Assembly (NCBI GenBank): GCA_026770705.1
Contig: JANJGN010000016.1
Span: 86,614,001 to 86,678,000 of the forward strand
Direction of reading: 5' to 3'
DNA length: 64,000 nucleotides
From: Isurus oxyrinchus
Lineage: Eukaryota
Shown piece after piece: positions 34,405 through 45,372 of the stretch (its first letter is position 1; each line of letters opens with the position of its first letter). Both the position numbers and the translations under genes were made by a program. Under the pieces are notes generated by a model. The model was not told the origin of the DNA. It saw nothing but the letters and a program-made list of their open reading frames with translations, and ran no database searches.

Positions 34405-36605
34405 ATGGGCAGTTTCAGAGGGAGGAGGGAGCTGGCAGTATTGGAGGGAGCAGGGAGGTGGCAGTATTAGAGGGAGTAAGGATCTGGGCGTATTGGAGAG
34501 TGCAGGGATGTTGGCAGTATTGGAGGGAGTAGAGAGGTGGCAGTATTGGAGGGAGCTGGCAGTATTGGAGAGAGCAAGCAGCTGGCAGTATTGGAGGGAG
34601 GAGAGAGCTGGCAGTAATGGAGGGATCAGGGAACTGGCATTATTGGAGGTAGCAGGGAGATGGCAGTGTTGGTGGGAGCAGGGAACTGGCATTATTGGAG
34701 GTAGCAGGGAGATGGCAGTGTCGGAGGGAGCAGGGAGATGGCAGTGTTGGAGGGAGCTGGGAGGTGGCGATACTGGAGGGAGCAGAGAGGTGGCAGTTTA
34801 GAGGGAGCAGGTAGCTGGCAGTATTGGCGGGAGCTGGGAACTGGCAGTATTCGAGAGAGCAGGGAGATGGCGGTACTGGTGGGTACTGGGTGCTGACAGT
34901 ATTGGAAAGAGTGGGCAGCATGCTTTATTGGAGGCCACAGGGAGTTGATAGTTTTTGAGGGAACAGGGAGCTGGCATTATTGGAGAGAGCAGGGACCTGA
35001 CAGTATTGGAAACAGAGAGCTGGCAGTATTGGAGGGAGCGGGGTGCTGGCATTCTTGGAGAGAGTAGTGATCTGGCAGTATTAGATGGAGCGGGCAGTTG
35101 GCAGTTTTGGAGGGAGAAGAGAGCTGGCATTATTGGAAGGTGCAGGGAGCTGGCATTATTGGAAGGTGCAGGGAGCTGGCAGTATTGGAGGGTGCAGGGT
35201 GCTGGCAGTATTGGACAGAGCAGGGAGCTGGCATTATTGGAGAGTGCAGGGAGCTGGCAGTATTGGAGGGTGCAGGGAACTGGCAGTTTTGGAGAGAGCA
35301 GGGAACATGCATTATTGGAGACTGCAGGGAGCTGGTAGTGTTTGAGGGAACAGGGAGTCAGGATTATTGAAGAGGGCAAGGAGCTGGCAGTATTGTGTAG
35401 TTCAGGGAGCTGGTAATATTGGAGGGAGCAGGGAACTGGCAGTAGTGGAGGGAGCAGAGAGCTAGCAATAGTTGAGGGGGCAAGGAGCTGGCAGTATTGG
35501 AAAAAGCAGGTAACTGGCATTATTTGTGGGAGCTGGCAGTGGTAGATGGAGCAGGGAGCTGGTCTTGTTGGAGAGAGCAGGGAGCTGGCAGAATTGGAGA
35601 GAGCAGGGAGCTGGTCTTGTTGGAGAGAGCAGGGAGCTGGCAGAATTGGAGAGAGCAGGGAGCTGGTCTTGTTGGAAGAGCAGGGAGCTGGTCTTGTTGG
35701 AGAGAGCAGGGAGCTGGTCTTGTTGGAGAGAGCAGGGAGCTGGTCTTGTTGGAGAGAGCAGGGTGCTGGTCTTGTTGGAGAGAGCAGGGAGCTGGTCTTG
35801 TTGGAGAAAGCAGGGAGCTGGCAGAATTGGAGAGAGCAGGGTGCTGGTCTTGTTGGAGAGAGCAGGGAGCTGGTCTTGTTGGAGAGAGCAGGGAGCTGGT
35901 CTTGTTGGAGAGAGCAGGGAGCTGGTCTTGTTGGAGAGAGCAGGGAGCTGGCAGAATTGGAGAGAGCAGGGAGCTGGCAGAATTGGAGAGAGCAGGGTGC
36001 TGGTCTTGTTGGAGAGAGCAGGGAGCTGGTCTTGTTGGAGAGAGCAGGGAGCTGGCAGAATTGGAGAGAGCAGGGTGCTGGTCTTGTTGGAGAGAGCAGG
36101 GAGCTGGTCTTGTTGGAGAGAGCAAGGAGCTGGTCTTGTTGGAGAGAGCAGGGAGCTGGCAGAATTGGAGAGAGCAGGGAGCTGGTCTTGTTGGAGAGAG
36201 CAGGGAGCTGGTCTTGTTGGAGAGAGCAGGGAGCTGGTCTTGTTGGAGAGAGCAGGTAGCTGGTCTTGTTGGAGAGAGCAGGGAGGGGCTAGAGAGTCGG
36301 CAGTATTAGAGGAAGCAGTAAGGAGGCAGTTGTGGAGGGAGCAGGGAGCTGACGGTATTGGGGAGAGCAGGGAGCTGTCATTATTGGGGACTGCATTGGG
36401 TTGGTAGTGTTGGAGGGAACAGGGAGTTGGCATTATTGGAGGGTAAAGAGAGCTGGTAGTTTTGGAACAAGGAGTTGGCATTATTGGAGGGTGCAGGGAG
36501 CTGGTAGTTTTGGAGGGAACAGGGAGTTGGCATTATTGGAGGGTGCAGGGAGCTGGTAGAGTTGGATAGAGTAGCGATCTGGCAGTATTGGAGGGTGCAG
36601 GGAGC
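34405..36605. repeat. 26-bp G-rich minisatellite, about 80 units
   Basis: Unit gggagctggcagtattggagagagca; homogeneous core at 35550-36285 interspersing two variants (tcttgtt / cagaatt). Confidence 0.95.
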
Positions 36606-36939
36606 AGTATTTTTGTGTTCAGCATCTAACAATATTGTGAGATCATGCCCCTCTGAATTAAAGCTGCCGAGTTTCACTCTTGAACCACTCATTCTGAATT
36701 TCCTTTGTTTCCCTCCCATAACATTAGGCTCCAGGAGGGGCTCAGTATTTACATGAGCTCCCCAGGGAGTGAGTTCTTCTTAAATATTGTACAATTAAAA
36801 ACAGACGGGATTGACTAAACAATAATTAACTTTGTTTTGCATTTTTTTCCATCCAAATAAACAGTAATAAAAGCTGTGAATTTACACTCATGCTTTGGTG
36901 ATGATAAATTTGGTGATTGTTGGACTGCAGCTATAAGAA

Positions 36940-37650
36940 TAATCCCATGCTATAAGATCACCTGATCTCTCTAAACCAGTGTGCTAGCAGCATGGGAACG
37001 TGTACAGAGAGAGTACTTCTGTCGTCGTGTTGTTGGATGCTCACAGGTATTTGCTGCTGCTCTGTCCCGTAAGCAAAGTCAAATGTTTCCACGAAGGAAA
37101 GTTGCCTGAAGATCAACTCTATAACAAACTGGCGATGAGGATACATCAGAATTGGTTCTGTACCTCACCCAGGGATTGTGAATCTCTATGTTTGTTTGAA
37201 ATAACAGCAGGTATACGCATTCAAAATGCCAGTTTATCAGAATCGATCCCTTTGAGCCAGCCACTGATGATTGGTCACAATATATATAATGTCTTGAGTT
37301 CTTCTTTCAAGCAAACAAAATCACAGAGGAAGAGAAGAGGAGAGCGATCCTCCTGAGTACTTGTAGGAGAAAAAACCTGCCATTTACCACTGTAATAGGA
37401 GAAATAAAACAATAGGACATTGTTCCACAGATAGTCATTACCGAACCACTGGTTCCTTTGAATTTGCTCAACCTAGGGCAGACATGGCCGATGTCTCTGT
37501 CGGAGTGGGAGACACTGAACTGCATGTGTCTAATGAGGTACCTGATATTAATGCGGTTCCAGAGGACGTGGTTCCTGCAAAAGAATCTGAAGGCGTGGAG
37601 CTGTGATGTTCCACACGGATCAGGAAACCACCTGAAAGGCGTGCGGTTAG
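36940..37650 (+). mobile_element. Internally deleted Gypsy relic (LTR end, PBS, gag N-terminus joined to integrase C-terminus)
   Basis: LTR end ATAACA at 37126; PBS-like TGGCGATGAGGAT at 37130-37142 (tRNA-Ser-like); RIDPFEPATDDWSQYI*CLEFFFQANKITEEEKRRAILLSTC; STRIRKPPER at ~37610-37640. Confidence 0.7.
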
Positions 37651-37799
37651 AACCACGTGTTTCACAACAGGATTGAAACCAGGTGGAGCTGGAAAGCTGC
37701 ACTTCATTCCTGACCCCGAGGTGAGCTCACCAGGGTCAGTGCCAGACTTCACAGGCTGCACCACATCAGCTTCAGGAGGGTCTCTTCTGGGTCTTTTTC

Positions 37800-38845
37800 G
37801 GAGTGGCAGGCGGTGACTAGTGGGGTTTGGCAGGGATCAGTGCTTGGGCCCCAGCTATTCACTATATATATCAATGCTTTGGATGAGGGAACCCAAATGT
37901 AATATTCCCAAGTTTGCTGACAACATGAAACTTGATGGGATTGTGAGCGATGAGGAGGGTGTTAAGAGGCTTCAAGGTGATTTGGACGGGTTGAGTGAGT
38001 GGACAAATACATGGCAGGTGCAGTGTAACGTGGGTAAGTGTGAAGTTATCCACTTCAGCAGGACAAACAGAATGGCAGAGTATTATTTAAATGGTGATAG
38101 ATTGGGAAACGTTGATGTACAAAGGGACCTGGGTGTCCTTGTACACCAATCACTGAAAGCAAGCATGCAGGTGCAGCAAGCAGGTGAAAAGGCAAATAGT
38201 GTGTTGGCCTTCCTTGTGAGAGGACAAGAGTACATGAGCAAGGATGTCTTACTGCAGCTGTACAGGGCCTTGGTGAGACCACACCTGGAGTATTGTGTGC
38301 AGTTTTGGTCTCCTTAACTAAGATAGGATATACTTGCCACAAAGGGAGTGCAGTAAAGGTTCACCAGACTGATTCCTGGGATGGCAGGATTGTTGTATGA
38401 GGAGAGATTGGGCCGACTAGGCCTGTATTCACTGGAGTTTAGAAGAATGAGAGGAGATTTCATTGAAACGTATAAAATTCTGACAGGGCTGGACAGACTG
38501 GACGCAGGGATGATGTTTCCTCTGGCTGGGGAGGGGAGTCTAGAACAAGGGGTCACAATCTCAGGATACAGGGTAGACCATTTAGGACTGAGATGAGGAG
38601 AAACTGCTTCACTCAGAGGCTGGTGAACCTGTGGAATTCTCCACCACAGAGGCTGTGGGGGCCAAGTCACTGAATATATTTAAGAAGGCAATAGATAGAT
38701 TTCTGGACTCTAAAGGTATCAAGGGGTATGGAGAGAGCGGGAGAATGGTGTTGAGATAAAGGGTCAGTTATGGTCATATTGAATGGTGGAGCAGGGTGGA
38801 AGGACTGAATGACCTGCTCCTGCTCCTATTTTCTATGTTTCTCTG
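37800..38845 (+). mobile_element. CR1 LINE 3' portion
   Basis: [34 protein letters not shown]; tail tttctatgtttct. Confidence 0.9.
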
Positions 38846-39009
38846 TCTCAAAGCAGGTACGACAGCAGGGTTAAGCGGGGAGACATATAAGCTATATGTA
38901 TATGATCTAATGACGTGAATAAAGCAAATTGAGAATTAAGAGAGAATTGACTCTTCACCTCTTTGTACTAAGCCAATAACCGTTACTGATGACCCCCAGT
39001 TAACACCAA

Positions 39010-40655
39010 GCGAGACAGGACACCAGAGCACTGGGCTTTACAGAGCTTTCCGGGTTCCCACAGGTGCAGGGTGCCATCAGTTGCACTCATGTGGCTGTAA
39101 AATCTGCCTGGCAACAGGCAGTCCAGTCCATCCAATGGAGAGGCTGCCACTCGCTCAATGTGCAGCTGGTGTGTAACCATAACAAACTGACCGTGCGGGT
39201 GTGCACCAAGTTCCCAGTTGGTGTCCACACTCGTACATCCTGAGTAGGCCTTAGGTCCCTGGCATCTTCGAGGGACCACACACGATGCAGAGCTGGTACC
39301 TCGGGGTTAAGGATTACCCACAAAGGACGTGACTGATGATGCCCGTGTTGCAGCCTCGGACTCCTGCAGAGAGAAGGTACAACAAGGCCGAGGCTGCATC
39401 CCGGGCATTGCTGCAGCACACCGTAGGGATCCTGAAAATGTGGTCCCGATGCCTGGGCAGATCCGACGGAGCGCTCCAGTAAACCCCCCCAGAGGGGCTC
39501 ACACATCATTGTGGCTTTTTTACCCAGTACATGATCTGGCGCTACAAAGTGGGGAGGATTTGGCAGATGACAAGATGGAGGAACTGTTCGTCTCCTCCGA
39601 TGAGGAGGACCTCGAAGGGGATGAGGATGATGAGGTCTTGGAATTCGAGGATGCAGGCGGAGAGGCCATTGTAGGGGCCAGACGAGGCAGGCGTGCTCGT
39701 GAGGCTCTCACTGCCAGCAGATTTCAGGAGGAGGATGACAAGATGCCCCGAGGGTCCTCATGGACAACTGTCCTCCATCATGGGCCAGCATGGCCACCAG
39801 CTCCTCCTCGAATTCACCCATGAACTTCCAGGTGACAGCGCATCGCCACACAGAATGGTCACGTAACCCTGATGCTGTGAAGGATGGGAAAGCCTCGAGG
39901 GCATGTGCCCGTGCTGAGATGAGGTGCCACCTGGAGGAGGGCATCTCGGAATCAGACACCAGAAAGTGCTGCCTCTTCACAGGTCCACCCAGCAGCCCAG
40001 TCACACCAGCACCCGACAAGACGAAGGGGCACTTGCACCACCCTCAGTGACCTAGTGCCTACAAGCCTTCGATCTGGTGATGCCCCTCGAGGTGGCAGCG
40101 AGTGAGATCCTTGTGAGTGTGTGATGGGCTGGAGTGTGTGAGATTTGAGAGTGAAGAGGTTGTTGACTTACCCTGGCGGAACGGGTTAGATCGTTCATCC
40201 TCTTCCTGCACTGAGTAGCTGACCTCTTCTGCAGGGCGTTTGCACTGACCACTGCTGCAAACGCCCCCCCAAGCCGGATTGGTTACCTTGGTGGAAGGCC
40301 TGCGGCCAGAGTGGGGGTTGAGGAGATTGCGGTGGGCCTCAGCTGTGCTCTAGTGAGGTGACACTGAGTGCCTTTTCCCTTTGGGAGCCATGTCTTCACT
40401 GGAGTTGCTGCAGAGAGTGCGAGCGCTGTGAGGGGGCACCGGTTAAATATGGCGCCTGGAGTTAGGGTGCGCTGAGGTCACGGCGGGATGGGCGAATCAG
40501 ATGCTGCGCACCAGCAGAATGACCCTGTGCATGAATAATTAATCAGCTGTGATGCGGACAATTCATTCCAAGATGATGTCATTGAGGCCGGCATGTGAGA
40601 CGCAATTTTTCCTGCCCATGAACCGAGTTTGCACATTTCAGGGAGAATCCCGGCC
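39010..40655. mobile_element. PIF/Harbinger relic: DDE transposase fragment (+, ~39020-39735) and convergent Myb/SANT fragment (-, ~39760-40392)
   Basis: GFPQVQGAISCTHVA..HSLNVQLVC (HARBI1-family DDE, degenerate); VSANALQKRSATQCRKRMNDL; TIR-like gagaatcccggcc at ~40643-40655. Confidence 0.8.
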
Positions 40656-40839
40656 TTGATTAGACTCGGTCAACAGGGATTTATGAAAGGGAATCATGTC
40701 TGACTGAAGGATTGTAGATTTTTCAGTGTGTAACTGGCAGGGTCGATACGGAGGAACCATCGATTCGGTATATTTGGATTTTCCGGAGACACTGGATAAG
40801 ATTCCACACGGGAGATTGTGACACAAGATTAGGGCTCAT

Positions 40840-43800
40840 TGCTTACGGGCGCCATAATTAAAGAGCAGCCGTGCGCAGACCTCTCAACGCTTCCAGCCCA
40901 GGGCTGCTGCATGGAAGACATGGCCCCGAAAGGCAAGAAGATGGCAGCCCCCAGGTTTAATGAGGCCTCCCTCGAGTGCCTTTTGGATGCCATGGAGGTT
41001 CGCCGTGATGTCCTCTATCCTCGCTCTGACCACAGGAGGGATAGTGACATCACCAATCTGGCTTGGGAGCTGGTGGCAGCGTTGGTCAGTGCCAATGCCC
41101 TGCAAAAGTGGACAGCCACCCAGTGCCGAAATAGGATGAATAATCTCCTCCGTTCCGCCAGGGTAAGTCACTCTTCTCATCACTCTCAACTCACACACTC
41201 ACAAACCCATCACACACCCACAGGGCCCAACCTCACTGCCAGTTCAGGGGACATCACCATTCACTCTCTCACACTCACCATCATTGTCCTCATCCTGTCC
41301 ATGGCACCACTCACCACCCACACAGACCAGGCACACTTATCATCTGGCCTGGCAGGCATCCTGCTTACACTCTCTCTATCTCTATCCATGCAGGACAAAC
41401 TGGGATACGACAACAGGGAGAGGACACAGACCAGTGGAGGAATGTCTGAAATGAAGGTCCTCATGGACCATGAAAACAGAGCTATCCAGCTGGCCAGTGA
41501 TGACCGGGACCGTTCCTGTGCTGACAGTGAGGTCGGTGCTGCTCTAACAAGTGAGGATCCAGCAGTGAAACATCCATCAGACAGCCATGCTGTGAGTGAT
41601 GTGTCCTCTTTCACAGGCCACTGCCACACACTAATTATCTCTCCTTGCTTCCACAGGCACATCTGGAAAGCAGCCGACAGAGCCCATGACCCAGGGCCTC
41701 CAAACAAGCTCTGAAGAAACCTCTGAAGAGGAATCTGAAGGCACCTTCATTGAAGACCTGTCACAGCCTCACCCACTCCCTCCACCAGCGCAGAGACACA
41801 GGCTTCGGTGGGACATAGATTTTGAGTAGCCACAGGATCACAATCTGGGGAGCACATCCCACTGTCTGATCCACAGCAGGCGGAGACAGGGACTTCCCAG
41901 GTCCCCGGCACTCGGAGGGCAGCTGGAGGCCAGAAATCTGCTGAGTCCGAGTCAGATGAGGAGCCTCTGGACTCGGTCATGTCACAGTTGCTGGAGCTGC
42001 AAAGGCAAACTCGGGAACATCAGGAAGGGATGTCCGCTGCACCCCTCAGATTGCAAGGCACGGTGGAGGAGTCCATCCGTCTTCAGGCTGAGGTGATAGC
42101 GCCAGCATTGCAACGCTCCAAGATCAACACTGGTAGGATGGCGGCTGCCATGGAGACCTTGGGCCAGGACAGGTCCTGCACTGCTGCACAGGCTCAACTC
42201 CATCACTGACGCCATAGTTGGCCTCCAACAGTGTCAATGCGAGAGAGATGCGGGGCAGCTGAAGGTGGACAATGCATTTAAAATAATCTACCTGGATTTC
42301 AGCAAGGCTTTTGATAAGGTCCCGCATGGGAGACTGATAACAAAGGCAGTTTGGCAATTTGGATCGAGGATTGGCTGAGAGACAGGAAGCAGAGGGTGAT
42401 GGTGGAGGGGTGTTTTAGTGACTGGATGCCTGTGTCCAGTGGGTTTCCACAGGGATTGGTGTTGGGTCCCTTGCTGTTTGTGATATATATAAACGATTTA
42501 GACTTGAATGTAGGATGTTGATCAGTAATTTGCGGATGACATGAAAATTGGTGGGGTGGTAAATAGTGAGGAGGGTAGCCTTAGATTGCAGGAGGATATA
42601 GACGGGCTGGTCAGATGGGCTGGTCAGTGACAAATGGAACTTAATCCTGATAAGTGTGAGGTGATGCACTTGGGAAGGACAAACAAGGCACAGGAATACA
42701 CGATGAACGGTAGGACCCTGGGAAGTACCAGGGATCAGAGGGACCTGGGTGCGCATGTCCACTGGTCCCTTAAGGTAGTGGGACAGGTAGATAAGGTGGG
42801 TAAGAAGGAATATGGGATACTTGCCTTTATTAGCCGAGACATAGAATAGAAGAGCAGGGAGGTTATGCAGGAACTGTATAAAACATTGGTTAGGCCACAG
42901 CTAGAGTATTGCGTGCAGTTCTGGAATCTGCATTATAGGAAGGATGTGATCGCACTAGAGAGAGTGCAGAGGAGATTTACCAGGATGTTGCCTGGGCTGG
43001 AGAGTTTTAGTTATGAGGAGAGATTGGAAAGACTGGGGTTATTTTCCCTGGAGCAGAGGAGATTGAGGGGGACATGATTGACGTGTATAACATTATGAGG
43101 GGCATAGACAGGGTAGACAGGAAGGAACTTTTCCCCTTGGTGGAGGGATCAATAACCAGGGGCCATAGATTTAATGTAAGGGGCAGGAGGTTTAGAGGGG
43201 ATGTGAGGAAGAATTTTTTCACCCAGAAGGTGGTGGGAATGTGGAACTCACTGCCTGAAAGGGTGGTAGAGGCAGAAACCCTCATAAAGTTAAGAAGTAT
43301 TTGATTGTACACTTGCGATGCCATGACAGACAAGGCTATGGGCCTAGTACTGGAAAATGGGATTAGAATAGTTAGCAACTTACTTGACTGGCGCAGACTC
43401 GATGGGCCAAAGGGCCTTTTTCTGTGCTGTAAACCTCTATGACTCTAAACATTGAAAGAGGCTGCCCCTCAGATCCGGCCCCGCCCTCAGGCCCCGCCCC
43501 CACTCCACCCCAGGTTCCGCACCCCCCCCACCCCCCGCCGTCCGCAGGCCCCGCACCCTTTGACCCACCCATCCCTGGCCTCGCCACAGGCCACGCCCCC
43601 ACTCCAGGCCCCACCTCCATCAGCAGGTCCACCGCAAGCCCAGCCCCCTCTGGCCCCTCCCCTCGGGCCCCCAGGCATTGCCCGGACCAAGACCCGCCCC
43701 AAACTCCGGCCCTCCCCCCCAGGCCCTGCCCTGCCTATTCAAGCACCACCCTTCCTGCCCCAGGCTCTGCCCCCACTGGCCCCTCCACTCTGCATACCAG

Positions 43801-44383
43801 CCCTGCCCCTCTGGCCCCACCCCCTGGCCCCTCCCCTCTGCCCCCTGGCCCTGCCCACAGGCCCCACCCCCTCAGGCCCCAGCCCCGCCCCACAGCCCGG
43901 CCCCCACGGCCCCGCCCCCTCCAGCCCCACAAACTACCTCAGCCACGAGGCAAACCTTTGTCTCCAGCACAGTCGCCTCAGCTTCAGGGCCGCCCTTGAC
44001 CCCCCATCAACCTGCCTCACCCTTGAAGCCCAACAGGCCCCCCTGGCGAGTGCTGCACAATGTTACTGGGAACTCCCCTCCCCGTCCCCCTCAGAGAGCA
44101 GCCCGCCAAGCACAAGCTGTTGTGAAAGACGGCAGCTCACAATCACGCCAAGGGGGGTGGACGATCCAGCCCAGGGGAGGGTGCGGGGGGGATGATTCCG
44201 GTGGGCTGGCCTTATTCTGACAGGCAGATGTGTTACAATGAGGCTCCCAACGTCCGATGGTGGGAGACGCAGCCCGCCACTGACCAGCTGAGCGGACGAT
44301 CGCAAATTGGTTTCAAGGTGTGGTGAAGCCTATTTCTGGCCTTCTCGCCATATTGTTCACTCACGGCACAGAAAATTCCACCC
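40840..44383 (+). mobile_element. PIF/Harbinger relic with a spliced Myb/SANT (NAIF1/MSANTD-like) pseudogene
   Basis: Exons 40911-41162, 41394-41550 and 41657-~42260 with GT/AG sites; APRFNEASLECLL..W..V..QCRNRMNNL; frameshift in exon 3; TIR-like gaaaattccaccc at 44371-44383; CR1 inserted. Confidence 0.75.
42265..43448 (+). mobile_element. CR1 LINE 3' portion
   Basis: [33 protein letters not shown]; tail ctctatgactcta. Confidence 0.9.
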
Positions 44384-44925
44384 ACAGTCAGGGCTACTGA
44401 CAATAAAAAGCTGGTTGGGAAAGTAAGCTGTGAGGAGGATACAAAGAGACTGCAAAGGGATATAAACAGGTTCAGATATTCGAGAGAGAGAGAGAGAGAG
44501 AGGAGAGTATGGGAGACACCCTCAGGGTTTAAACTGAAACGTGACAGAGCAGCTGCTGAGAGAGGCGACTGGAACAGGAGAAAAAAATCACAAAGAGACG
44601 ATCACCGCACAAGGAGAAGTGGCAGGGGTAAGTTTACCCAGAAACAGTTCAGTGAATCCTCCTATCAGCTAAACCCGACCAAGTAATGACTTTAAAATCT
44701 ATAAAACAAGATTATACGTTCAGTGAATACGATGACCACAAATTTTGCCTCCATAACCCCGGGAATTTCGACACGACAGGAACCCGATGGAAACAAAATG
44801 GCGGCTGCAGGTTTCTTCCCACTTCCAGTCTGGGCCACAGTGGACCCCAGCGTGGTGAAGGGGCATTAACACGCGTGTTACAGGCGTGTTCCGGAAGGAT
44901 ACAGAGTCAGCAGATGGTGAGCTCA
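44384..44925 (+). promoter_or_regulatory. CpG-containing promoter/first-exon-like segment upstream of the 36-bp satellite
   Basis: GTAAGT at 44628-44633, YY1-type AAAATGGCGG at 44795-44804, ETS CCGGAAG at 44891-44897, donor-like GTGAGC at 44917-44922. Confidence 0.5.
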
Positions 44926-45372
44926 GTCAGATTGTAAAGCAGATTTGGTACAGGTTCAGCAGTGTGAGGGATCCAGAGACCAGTGAGATTTAAAGGGACC
45001 AACAACAACCTGCAGCTGAGTTCCTGCTGACTTTCTCCTGGTTCTGATTGAGTTTGTGGAAGGACTGGGTGTTTGGAGGAGTTGTTTCAAGTTGGTGAAG
45101 ATACAGGAAGAGATGCTGCATGTGGGGAAGACATTGTTATTAGCTGCAAGTTCTCAGGGTACACCACATGTTCCCAGTCCATTGCACCGAGGAGGGTGAG
45201 ACGGGAACTCAGCAGGAGGCCGTATCCACACAGAACCTTCCAGTAGCAATTTTCACCAACACCTAAGGCAGGAACAGAGCATTTAGGGGCTGTGATTCAC
45301 GAATGAGGTGCTCACAAAACTCTAGTCCCTCGAGGAATCAGAACAGGAGCTTCAGATCAGTGTGAGGACGGC

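Noticed and set aside
34333-36719. Multiple 100-340 aa ORFs
   Set aside because: Products of the 26-bp tandem repeat cycling through frames.
39010-42260. Domesticated HARBI1 or NAIF1 host genes
   Set aside because: Stops, frameshifts, a lost catalytic Asp (GAIS for GAID), TIR-like ends and multiple local copies indicate transposon relics.
43372-44220. Pro/Gly-rich ORFs
   Set aside because: Low-complexity C-rich DNA lacks stops in most frames, and no domain is recognisable.
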